64,000 nt of DNA. Origin: Phyllobates terribilis. Its lineage: Eukaryota. Shown here piece after piece: positions 38,726-49,439 of this stretch (within the stretch, counting starts at the first letter, position 1; each line of letters opens with the position of its first letter). A model generated the notes under the pieces. The model saw only the letters and a list, made by a program, of their open reading frames with translations, was not told where the DNA came from and did no database searches. The position numbers and the translations under genes were made by a program. Location: positions 416,268,001 to 416,332,000 of the forward strand of contig NW_027362767.1 of NCBI RefSeq assembly GCF_046119375.1, written 5' to 3'.

Positions 38726-41700
38726 CAGGGATCAAACTCAAAACACACAGAGGGCCAAAATGAAAAATAGAATTAGTCCTTACCGGTAGTTCGTTTTCTA
38801 TGAGCCTTCCACGACCGCATTGGAGGATGTCGTCCACGCCCTATTGCGGGACAGGAGAACAGAGAGGTTAAAAGCCCCTCCCCACCATCAACCACCAGTG
38901 TTTACCAAGATCACCTGGAAAAATGGTTACCTGACAGTTCCATGGAAATCCAAGAACCACGTAGGGAGGGAAATTCGTGCTGTCGTGGAAGGATCCTAGA
39001 AAACGAATTACCGGTAAGGACTAATTAATTCTATTTTCTCAAATGCGCCTTCCACGACAGCATTGGAGGAATGCCAACGATATTTCATTAGGGAGGGACA
39101 ATAGCTTGGAGGACTTTCCTACCAAAGGCTAAATCCCTACTAGATGATAGATTTAAATCTATAATGTTTGGAGAACGTGTGAAAGGAAGACCACGTAGCT
39201 ACCCTGCAAATCTGCTCCGAAGACGCGCCCGCTCTTTCTGCCCAGGAGGCTGATGTAAATCTAGTAGAATGTGCTTTCAGGCCAACCGGTGGAGTTAGCT
39301 TCTGGTTGATGTACGCTTTGCTGATTGACTTCTTAATCCAGTTTGCTATAGTGGATTTAGCAGCTTTTCTTCGTATGTTACGCCCTGAATGTTGGATAAA
39401 AAGATTCTGGTCCGACCTGCAAGATTTTGTCTGTTGAAGATAGTGTAGAACAACTCTCCGGACATTTAAGGAGTGGAACTCTGCTTCCCTTGAATTAGCA
39501 GGTTTCTGACAGAAGGAGGGAAGGATGACTTCTTCAGAGCGATGGAAATCCAAAACCACTTTCGGGAGGAATGAGAGATCCAGGCAAAGCATAATCCTAT
39601 CCTGTTACCTTCATGTAGGGTTCTCTGGTAGAGAGAGCCTGAAGTTCTCCCACTCTTCGGGCTGAAGTGATGGCCACTAGAAAAGCAGTCTTATGTGAGA
39701 GATTGTATCGTGCTAGAGGATAGAGGCTCAAAGGGAGAGAGAATTAGACCATTAAGATCCCAGGGAGGTACATGAGCTTGATTCCTAGGGTGAAGCCAAA
39801 ATCAAATCTCTTGATCGAACACTGAGCTCAGGAACAAAACCAGCACTTTGAGAGTACTAGGTTTAAGTCCTAATTCCAACCCCTTCTGTAAGAAATCAAG
39901 GATCCGGTCTATATTAGGGTGTAGAAGATCATGAGTATCCGGAGCACCCCAGGAAAGAAACTTCTTCCATATTTTGCCATATATGGCATTGCTCACTGGT
40001 TTCCTACTTTGCTGAAGGGTCCTTATAATCTTCTTCGAGAGACCTTTGGATTTTAGGATCTCGGCCTCAGTAACCAGGCTGCAGGTTTAGCCACTGAGGG
40101 TCTGGGTGGAAGAGTGGACCCTGGGAGAGAAGGTTGTTGACCCGTGGAAACATCATTGGGCCGTCTAGGCAGAGTTCTGAGATTGATCCGAACCAGGACC
40201 TCTTGATCCACAGAGGTGCCACCAATATTGTAGTAACTTTGTCTAGCCGAATCTTCTGGATGGATCTTGCCAGAAGGGGAATTGGAGGGAATGCATACGC
40301 CAGTCTGAAGTGCCATGGATGTGCGAATGCATCTAATTCCGGGCATTGTCTAGTAAGAAGAAGAAAGGCACTTTTTGCGTTTAGGCGACTGCCGAAGAGA
40401 TCTACCTCCGGGAGACCTCATTTTGATACAAGGGACTGAGATACATGTTCATTTAGGCTCCATTCTCCTGGATGGACGTCTTTCCTGCTCAGGAAGTCTG
40501 CTTGGGTGTTGTCTGAACCGAGCGGGTGAATTGCAGATAGAGACAGAAGATGTCTTTCTGCCCAGGAGAATATTTTGCCAGTGACTAATTTCAGGCTGTC
40601 CACCTTCATGCCCCCTTGATGTCGAAGGAAGGCAGCTGTGGTCATATTGTCCGAGAACACTGATGTGTGTCCCCTGAATCAGGTTGACTGCAGCTTTGAG
40701 TGTCTCTTCCACTGCCTTTAGCTCCCTTAAGTTGGAGGATCTGATACTCATCTCTCGACTCCATCTGCCCTGGAACAGAGTCTGTGCCACCATAACCCCC
40801 CAACCTCGTATGCTGGCATTGGTGGCAATAGTAATTAGAGGATCTTGAATCCAAGCAATCCCCCTCTGAAGATTTTTGAAGTTCAGCCACCAGGTGAGTG
40901 AAGCCTTTACCCAACTGGGGGGTCTTGATTCTCTTGTTTAGCGAATCTTGTCGTCTGTTCCGGGAATTCAGGATATGTTCCTAAAGGAGTCTTGAGTGAG
41001 CCTGAGCCCATGCTACTGACTGGATACAGGACATCATTGATCCAAGTAACGACATGGCCGCTATCAAGGTTGGTTTTTTCTGATCCCTGAAAATCGAAAC
41101 CTTGAATCTGAGTGCTGCTTAATGTTCCTGTGGAAGAAACGAAGTTTGTCTTTTGGAATCTAGGAGGACACCGAGGAATCTTCTCCTTGATGAGGGGGAA
41201 GGAGTTCTGATTTCCTGAGGTTTGGAATCCAACCCAGAGAGCGAAGGATCTGTAGGGTTTTGGAGACATGAAGGTTGAAGGTCACTACTGAAGGGGTGAC
41301 ATGTCATCTAGATATGGAACTATACAAATACCCTGCTTCCTGATAAGCGCAATAACTTCTTGTGGGACGGATGGATGGGTATATGGTACTATGCATCCTT
41401 TAAGTCCACTGTTGCCATCACATAATCTTTCCCTATCAGTGGGATAATTGACTTGATGGACTCCATCTTGAAACGTCTGTATTTTATGTGATGGTTTAGG
41501 GACTTCAGGTTGATTATGATGCGGGGGGCCCCTGAAGGTTTCTGTATAAGAAATAGTCTTGAAGAATGACCCGTCCCTTCCCCGCCAGGAGGGACTGGCG
41601 ATATTACCCCGGAATCCAGTAGGTCTTGGGCTCCCTGAGAAAAAAGGGAAGTGACCATTAGACCTCGGGGGGGAAGGGGGGGCGAGACTCGAACTCCAAG

Positions 41701-43950
41701 AGAAAACCCTCTTTGATGGTATTGAGTATCCACTGACAGGAAGATATTGCCTGCCACTGGGGAAATTAGCCCGAGAGATGCCCCCCCACAAGGACGGAGT
41801 CATTGCTTCTCCGACTGCTGGTGTTGTTGAGGCACCAGGATGTTACAGGCTTTGCCTCCTTTTGGTGTAGTTCCAGCGCCCGGATTTTCCCTTCCCTTTT
41901 ATATTAGAAGGGCTGATTCTGAGGGGGACGAAAGGAACGCTTCCGGGCTTGTCTCTGTTCAGGAAGGGTTTTCTTTTTGTCCGCGGCCTTTTCAAGGATA
42001 TCATCCAGAGCTGGCTCGAATACATATTTCCCTTGGAAGGGTGTGGAACAGAGGTGACATCTCCACTCCACATTTTAAGCCACAGTGCGCGTCGAGCAGT
42101 ATTAGATAATACAGCTGTTCTAGCCGCGATCCGGACTGATTCAGCCGAGGCATCTGCCAAGGCGGCTGTGGTTTTTTGAAGGAGGGGAATTGGATCCAGC
42201 AGCTCGTCCCTAGATATGCCTCTAGACAGATGTTCCTCTAGTTGGGCTAACCACTTGAAGAGAGATCAGGCCACACAAGTCAAAGATATATTAATCTTGA
42301 GGGAGGCAGAAGAAGTTTCCCATGATTTCTTAAGGACACTTTCCATTTTCCGGTCCAGGGGGTTCTTCAACTGAGATGAGTCTTCAAAGGGGAGCGAGGT
42401 CTTTTTTTACTACCCTTGCTACCTGGATATCCACTTTAGGAATGTCCCAATCAAACTCGTCACCCTCCAGGGGAAACCTATGCTTCAAATCCGAAGGGGT
42501 GGTGAGACGGTTTTCCAGAGCTTCCCACTCCTGAAGAATGAGATCTCGAATGATCTCATGTACTAGAAATCCAGCTCACTTTTTTGACTCAAGACCCCTG
42601 AACAGAACAGGGGACCTCAGCCTCTTCTAGCCCCATAGTGCCCCTGACAGAATCAAGTAACTCCTCCATGTTATCTGAGGAGAAATAATATCTCCCAGTC
42701 TCCGTTTTTTTGATGGAGGCTAAGGATTCTCTTTCCCCAAATTCATCTGAGGCAGAGCTACGGGCCCCGTTGGAAAAAACATCCAAATCCTCCTCCTGAA
42801 TCTTCCTCTTTTTAGGGGGAGAGGAACTGGAGGATGAGGCGTAGTGAGGCAGAGCAGCGATAGACGCCTGGACCTCCTGCCTGACCACTTGGACTTCCTG
42901 TCTGACCAGTGATCTAAGCTCTGCTAGCAGCGAGGGATTTTCTTCTTTAATTATGCTGTTTGTGCAGGGCTGGCATAGTTTCTTCCTATATGATGAGGGC
43001 AGCTTTTTGGCGCAGACACACCTGCGGGATGGGTTCTTATCCTTCTTAGTAGTGGTGGCCTTGTCTTCCTAAGAGAGGGGAAGGGATACCCAGTGTAACT
43101 AGAAGGGGGAGGGGGATAACAAGTGTCATCATAAGAGAGAGGCTAAGTTAACCCCCAAGTGACCAGACCCCTGTACTACTCATTGTAGCCGGGGGCATGC
43201 TGGGCTCTGCAGATGCAGGAATAGAAGATCTGTCACCCTCCATGATAGAGATAGCCTTACCTGGTGACGTCTTCTGGCAGGTCTTTGAAGCAAAAAAAAC
43301 GTGCCCCCAGCAAGGAACTTCCTGTTGCCTCCCCCTTCCGGTCACCTGCGGGCTGTTAGGCACGCAAAACACGGCGTCCAAGCCCCGGGGGGGGGCGCGC
43401 GAACCATGTGCATTCCAGTGTGGAACGCATAATCCCAAACCCAAAAGTAACTAGTGACCTCAATATGACGTCACTTCCGGGCGCGGTGCGCCTCCCAGAG
43501 ACCGCTGATAGGAAGGGGGAGACGCCGGAGAGCTGAAGCAGGCCTCCGGCATGCACGACACCCGGCCTGCTTTAACCTCTATGGGGCGCAAGAAGACCAG
43601 GATGGTCCCAAATCGGGAGCAGAGAAGGAAGGAGGAGGGGAGCACCCACGACCGACCAATGCCAGGCAAGTAAGGAAAAAATTTATCAATGCTGCAGTGC
43701 CGGCCTGACAGCACTGAAAGCATCTCTCCCTGCCCCAAGGGGGACAGAAGAAGACTGGTGGTTCGCGGTGGGGAGGGGCGTTTAACCTCTCTGTGTTCCT
43801 GTCCCCCAATAGGGTGTGGACGGCATCCTCCACTGCTGTCGTGGAAAGCGTATTTGAGAAAACTTCATTTTGACAAAGTCGCGGGGCTACCAGTATACAG
43901 TATAATGGGCTTCACATAGTCCTCCATACAGAATAATGGGCCCCACATAG
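38726..43950 (+). mobile_element. hAT/Charlie-like non-autonomous element split by DIRS B (pieces 38726-38763 and 43863-~43950)
   Basis: Starts CAGGGATCAAACTC (resembles the CAGGGGTGTCAAACTC hAT TIR). The two pieces join into one continuous non-DIRS sequence, followed by short CACATAGTCCTCCATACAG-type repeats. Family assignment is inferred. Confidence 0.55.
38764..43862 (-). mobile_element. DIRS-type retrotransposon B (inner, full length ~5.1 kb, frameshifted)
   Basis: ITRs ~38790-38875 and ~43780-43862; ICR ~38977-39070. Gag-like with C-x-C...C-x2-C at 42960-43030; RT (RFKMESIK...VDLKDA, 41389-41757); RNase H (SSNLRELKAV); Dam-like MTase (VDLFGSR...AYAFPP, 40270-40420); tyrosine recombinase (KAHSTR...FSKHY, 39140-39592). 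Confidence 0.93.
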
Positions 43951-45640
43951 GGGGGGGGGGGGTCCACTGCGAAAGACTCTGCCCATTTCCGTAGCAGGTC
44001 GGACACAAATGTATACAAGACCTCCATGAGTTTTCCTCACGCTTTTCTGGGTACTCCCGTTCCCTGGTAAAGATTGTCAAATTCTTCTTGGTTGGCGAAA
44101 TCTCTGTGAAGGTGCTTCATCTTCCAATGGGGTAAGGACTCCATGTTCTTTACATTAAGGGTCTGATTAGCAGCCAGAATCAGACTATCCACTATGTCCC
44201 ATAGTTTGGAGATTTGTTCTGAGCCCAGATCGGAATCTGACTCTGAACGGGAGTCTGACTCCTCAATTGCCAGAGGAGGGCGAGTAAGAGAGGGATGCTA
44301 TCCTGGAGGATGCTGAAAGCGATGGACACCCAGACGATGAGCTAGTGCGGGCATGCTTTTTGGAACTTCTGCATTATTTATAATGGTGTGTTTGGGAAAT
44401 CGGAGGGTCTGGCATGCCCAAGGAAGCGGAGGGGACCCCTCATGGTGGTAGCAGGTCTGGGCAGTCGTTCTATGACCGAGACCAAGGTCTGGGACACTTT
44501 GGTTAGATCAGCGACTGATTGGGAGAAAGCTGCAGTCCACTCGGTAGTGCGCTCTTGTTGCGGGCAGTGTGGGGCTCCTGGGAGGATATCATGGTGGCTG
44601 GACTGCAATCTGGGCAGAGGGACAATTCCTGTTACAGGAAAAACATACAACGTGCAGGACAAGAGCTGGAGCATGGGAGCAAGACTCGCTGAGGTTAGGG
44701 AAAGTGGAGAAATATGTCAGAGAGAGCTGCCCCCTGGTGGCAGAGCTTATTCAGATCCTGGAGAAAACTGGTGGAAAAGCGGTTCCAAGTGGTGAGTTTG
44801 TGGGAGCCGCAGTGGTTGTGGACGAGTCGACGACTAGAAGATGACAGCAGAAAGGAGGATGTAGAGGTGGTGTCAAAAAATGTGCACAGAGATCCCACGC
44901 ATCTAAATGAGAGGCACGTCCTGACAGGCTGAAAGCGGTGGGCGGAGGGAGCTGGCGCGTGCTACTTGCCAGGCTGCTGGAGGCTTGGCCACCAGGGATG
45001 GCCCAGGTCAAAGTCGGAGGTTACATTTTTTGCCTAGTGGCAGCAGCTTACACCCATGGTTTCCTGCATCTCCCAGTGAAGCGATAGAGAAATAAGAATT
45101 TGACGCAAACAAAAATATATTGAATGAGGCCATAGCAGTAACTACTTGTGATCCAATAGGTAAAGAAAACAGAAGTATCACTCCAATCAGTGCAGATTGG
45201 AGTTTATCATTAGCCTAAGGTTACTTTCTATGCTGTTACAGATGAACTTTGGTCCGTTCCATCTTTCCACCATGTTATTGAACAGTTTTACCCACCCTCA
45301 GATGCAGTTGTGTATAGTGATCCTGGCTTATATTTCCCTCCATTGTGAAACATTTCTGGACACACACAGACACTTTAGTTATAATTTAATTATGTACAAG
45401 TATATGTTACAAATCCACAGGCAATTTCAAGGTTGCGCATGCAGACACAGCAGTGCAGAGTATTTCAGAGTCTCCTGTGGAGCTCTGATACAAGTAAGAC
45501 TACGACTTGCGGATGGTAGATCGGACTACGGGCACAGCTGGTCCTACCCACGCTCGGTGTTAGGCTCCTCCGTCTCTTCGGCCGTATTATGTAGGGCTTG
45601 CAGCAGTGAGTGCAATGAGGGGGGTACACTCCATGGAGGG

Positions 45641-48600
45641 TCACAGTTCATTGGGCATTTTAGGGCTGGAGAGGAGATTTAGAGCAGGTCGTTCTTCTCC
45701 CAGCCCCAGAGCGAGCAGAGCGGCGGTCAAAACAGTCTTCTTGGTGACTGTGATGGGGGAAGAGGGCATCACCTGCAAGAGCCATGGGTACAGATCTCAT
45801 CATTGCACAGTCTTGGGCGCCACATATCGGCATGGGGTCTCTGACAACACTTACCTGCTCCACCTTATGTAGACATATTAACCCATCCGGAGCTAGCTGG
45901 AAGGTGGAAAACGCATCATAGGTCCTGAAAACGAGAAAGAGTCAGTCTGACCATGTGGACAAAATGTATCTGTGCCAATCCCCTGAAATATGGCACTTGC
46001 ATTTGTGAAACAAACTATGTTGCAACAATCATAGTTTCGGGGTTCGTGTGCATCATTCAGACCGAGCTGCCGCGCTCGGCCCGGACCGGCAGTCTGTAAA
46101 CACCGTGGCCCCCTGATCGTCCAGCGTCTCATTACCAGCTCCCACCCATCTGACATTTCTGGCTGCTACCACTCCACACTAGTCGGGGAGCGGAAATATT
46201 ATTACCTGTGCAGTTCACTCTTGTCCCTGCGGAAGAAGTACAGGAAGAGCGTGTGCAGCGGGAGGCCGGTGAGCGACCAGCGGGCCTGGATGGTGTTGTT
46301 CTCAGGATGAGACGTCATCTTCAGCACCGAGATCCGCACGTTGGTGAAATAACACAGGAGTAGCAGGCGGCTGACGGTCAAGAAGAGCTGGTACTTCACC
46401 AGGCCGCTGTGAGAGAGGACAAGGCACGGGAGGTTGTCACCGGTAGCCATTGCATGCGGCAGGGCTTACTGACATCATGTACGTTTGCTCCGCTCTTACC
46501 GTAAGTGCAGGTGCAGCGCGCTACTGACGAACTCCATGTCCTTCCTGTATAAGGAATAATTCGCCGGCTTCCATAGGAAATTCGGCAACTGTAAAAAGAA
46601 AGCACCTCTTGAGCTGAACGGTCCAAAGTGAGCGAAGAATCATACCAGGCTCAAAGGAAGTATGGTGAAAAGGACATTTAATTATATATATATATATATA
46701 TATTTTTTTTTTTTTCCCTTTTTCATACCACAATCTGTATATATAAAAAATAAAACAGAAATTTTGCCATTTCAGTCCCAAACATCCTGTTCTTTACAAA
46801 AGATTTTTCAGCAGTCTCATTTTCAACACAGACACTATAAGGGATAAGGCAAGAAAACCTCCCATGATCATGATATCAGCAAATTACCTCACTGCTGTAT
46901 CAATGTCTGCAGGTCTGGTCCAATACCTATAGGATCATTTATAATAGGTGATGTCACAGCTCACCTCCTCCTCCTCTACAATGACTGATAACACCTCTAT
47001 ATACAGTAGATAACACAGGATCCACCATTCACAATAGGTGATGTCACAGCTCACCTCCTCCTCCTCCTGTACAATGACTGATAACACCTCTATATACAGT
47101 AGATAACACAGGATCCACCATTCACAATAGGTGATGTCACAGCTCACCTCCTCCTCCTCCTGTACAATGACTGATAGCACCTCTATATACAGTAGATAAC
47201 ACAGGATCCACCATTCACAATAGGTGATGTCACAGCTCACCTCCTCCTCCTGTACAATGACTGATAACACCTCTATATACAGTAGATAACACAGGATCCA
47301 CCATTCACAATAGGTGATGTCACAGCTCACCTCCTCCTGTACAATGATGGATAACACCTCTATATACAGTAGATAACACAGGTGGTGGTGATGACGGCTT
47401 CCAATAGGACCCTGGCTGCCTTCAGCACACGTTTGCAAGGGGTTTATATTACCAAACCGGTGGAAATCCCTCATCTGCGCACTCACCTCGTCCCTCAGTT
47501 TCTCATACATCGCTGCCAGGTGCTGCTCCATGTCCGATCTGTCGCTGCCGAGGGCCTGGTTGGCACGGAGCCTCTTGCTGGGTGTAAACATTAATAACCC
47601 CTCGTGTCCTGGAGGCAGGGGGAACACTAGAGCCTGGTATGGGGTCCTGCAAACTCCGGGCTCAAACAAGCTTCTAAAACAGTCCAGCTGAGAAGTGCTG
47701 AGGTGCCGGCACTCGTGCTCCAGGCGGTGGTGCCCGCTGCTGGGCTTGGCACAGGGGAGACATCCTAGCACCGGCAGTAAAAAGTCCCGCGGGGCCGGGC
47801 CCTGCTCAGGTGCTGGCGGTAAACACATCTGGGGGCCCGAGGGCAACCGGGATGGTGACGATCGTCTAAGAGGAGCAGCGAGGCGAGGACAGGGCCGCAG
47901 ATCCCGGTACAAGATGGCATCTCGAGCCTGGGACAAAACAAGAGGAATATAAGACGGGTGAGCAAAAACGAGAGAGGTGGGGGTCTCACACCATCATCCC
48001 ACTGCATACACAGTCACCAGGGCGTGGGAGGCCACTTTTATCTCAGTAATTCCACATTTCCTATGTCGTCCCGTGACAGCGGAGCTGCTGCTTCATAACG
48101 AGACGCAGCACGGCCTTCATTATGGGAAGAAAAACAAAAAGGCCATTGTTGACCAAAGCTACCAATCACAGCGCAGCTGTCATTATTCAAGAGCACTATG
48201 ATAAATTAAAGATGTACAGCGATTGGTCAGTCGCCAGGTATGTAGTCTCTGTGGCAACCAATCAGCTCTCAGCTTGTATTTTTCATAATAAATTAAAGCT
48301 GTGTTGTGACTGGTCACCAGGTATCTGGTCTGTATCATAGCAACCAATCAAAGCTCAGGATTCATTTTTCAAGAGCACTATAATAAATGAAATCTGTGCT
48401 GCGATTGGTTGCTAGGTGGCTATTATGATCTTGGCAACCAATCATGTCTCAGCTTGCGGTTTTAAACAGACTCTGAAACAATAAAAGGCGCATCCTGATT
48501 GGTTGCTATAGGCAACAGGGCTTATTATTATTCCTTCTACACGTGGTTCACAGTCAGGGAAGAGGGGTTAATATAAAATGATGGAGGATGAAGCCTGCAG

Positions 48601-48803
48601 GGAAGTTATATTGTGCAGATTGATATTAGTCGTTGCCCGGCAGCCATGGCTGACTGGAAGTGCAGCAATAACCGCTCATCTCCTGCACTCACCTTAATAC
48701 TCTCCAGCAGTCTGCCCGCCGCTCCACCAGCGCTGCGTATACCGCTCTTCCACCGACTCCCAAGCCCCGGAGCTCCGCGGAGCCGCCTCACACACAGCGC
48801 CAT
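45641..48803 (-). CDS. C6orf136: C6orf136 orthologue (uncharacterised), complete, 6 exons, 347 aa
   Basis: Exons 48803-48693, 47927-47487, 46588-46500, 46406-46206, 45924-45855, 45772-45641 (1044 nt, GT-AG, phases consistent). Segments MEQHLAAMYEKLRDELP, NYSLYRKDMEF, HPENNTIQARWSLTGLPLH, RTYDAFSTF and VMPSSP match the human protein as recalled. Confidence 0.9.
46940..47385. repeat. 87-93-bp tandem repeat (5 copies, variable CCT tract) in C6orf136 intron 2
   Basis: ATAGGTG anchors at 46944, 47034, 47127, 47220, 47310; a diverged single copy lies at ~24520-24600. Confidence 0.92.
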
Positions 48804-48809
48804 GGCGCT

Positions 48810-49200
48810 CCACCGGTAAACGGGCGTGACGTCACTTAACTAAAACCGGCAACCGCCGAGGACAGATCGCACCCGAGTAATGACCGACATCCAATAGAGG
48901 AAGAAGACGTAAATCCAACCCAGCCAATCAACATGCAGGGAAATCCTAACGAACCAATCAGAGCGCAGAGGTGTGTGCATAGCGTCCAATTAGGAAGTCT
49001 GTAGCTGCCAGGTATCCGCCCTACAGAGCTCCTGACCAATAGACACGCAGCTCTGAAGGGAACTTCCGCGGTCTGAACTCCAGCGCTTCAAATTAAACCT
49101 TACGCCATAGCCAGCTTCTCATTGGCTACTATGTCACGTGATGGTTTAAATTGTAATTTGATTGGTTGATAATAAATGGGGCGTGTTGTATGTGGCAGCC
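48810..49200 (-). promoter_or_regulatory. C6orf136 promoter: CRE plus a phased CCAAT cluster
   Basis: TGACGTCA at 48827-48834; CCAAT at 48891, 48924, 48954, 48986, 49036; ATTGG at 49121, 49161; CpG-rich around exon 1. Confidence 0.7.
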
Positions 49201-49439
49201 ATCTTTACTGAGGGCAAAGCACATGTCCTTCAATGACACGCAGAGAGGACACTGTCTGAATGGATGTGGTGTCGTGCGGACGACGTGTGAAGGGGGAGGG
49301 GCTGTTAACCCCTGCAATATCCAGCGCCATAGACACTGGCATCAGGGACACCAGAGCTGCTCATCTCTGATTATGGGGAACAAAGGAAGCTGCCAACTGT
49401 AATATGAGGGGGTCATCCCCATCCGTGAGGGGAACAGTA

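Larger units (their letters stand above)
34722..45100 (-). mobile_element. DIRS-type tyrosine-recombinase retrotransposon A (outer, degraded, interrupted by three insertions)
   Basis: Inverted termini (left ...GGACACAGGAAACCATGGGTGTATGCTGCTGCCACCAGGCAA; right TTGCCTAGTGGCAGCAGCTTACACCCATGGTTTCCTGC). Internal complementary region ~34955-35065. YR fragment (PSFLPKVVSSFHINEDIVL) 35100-35650; MTase-like VDLIASKRNSKVP ~36150-36210; RT fragments 38010-38720; gag-like sequence 43960-44900. Confidence 0.85.

Noticed and set aside
48090-48520. Second CCAAT cluster in C6orf136 intron 1 as a promoter
   Set aside because: Boxes sit in degenerate GATTGGTTGCTA(T/G)G-type repeated modules that look like a decayed repeat rather than a core promoter.
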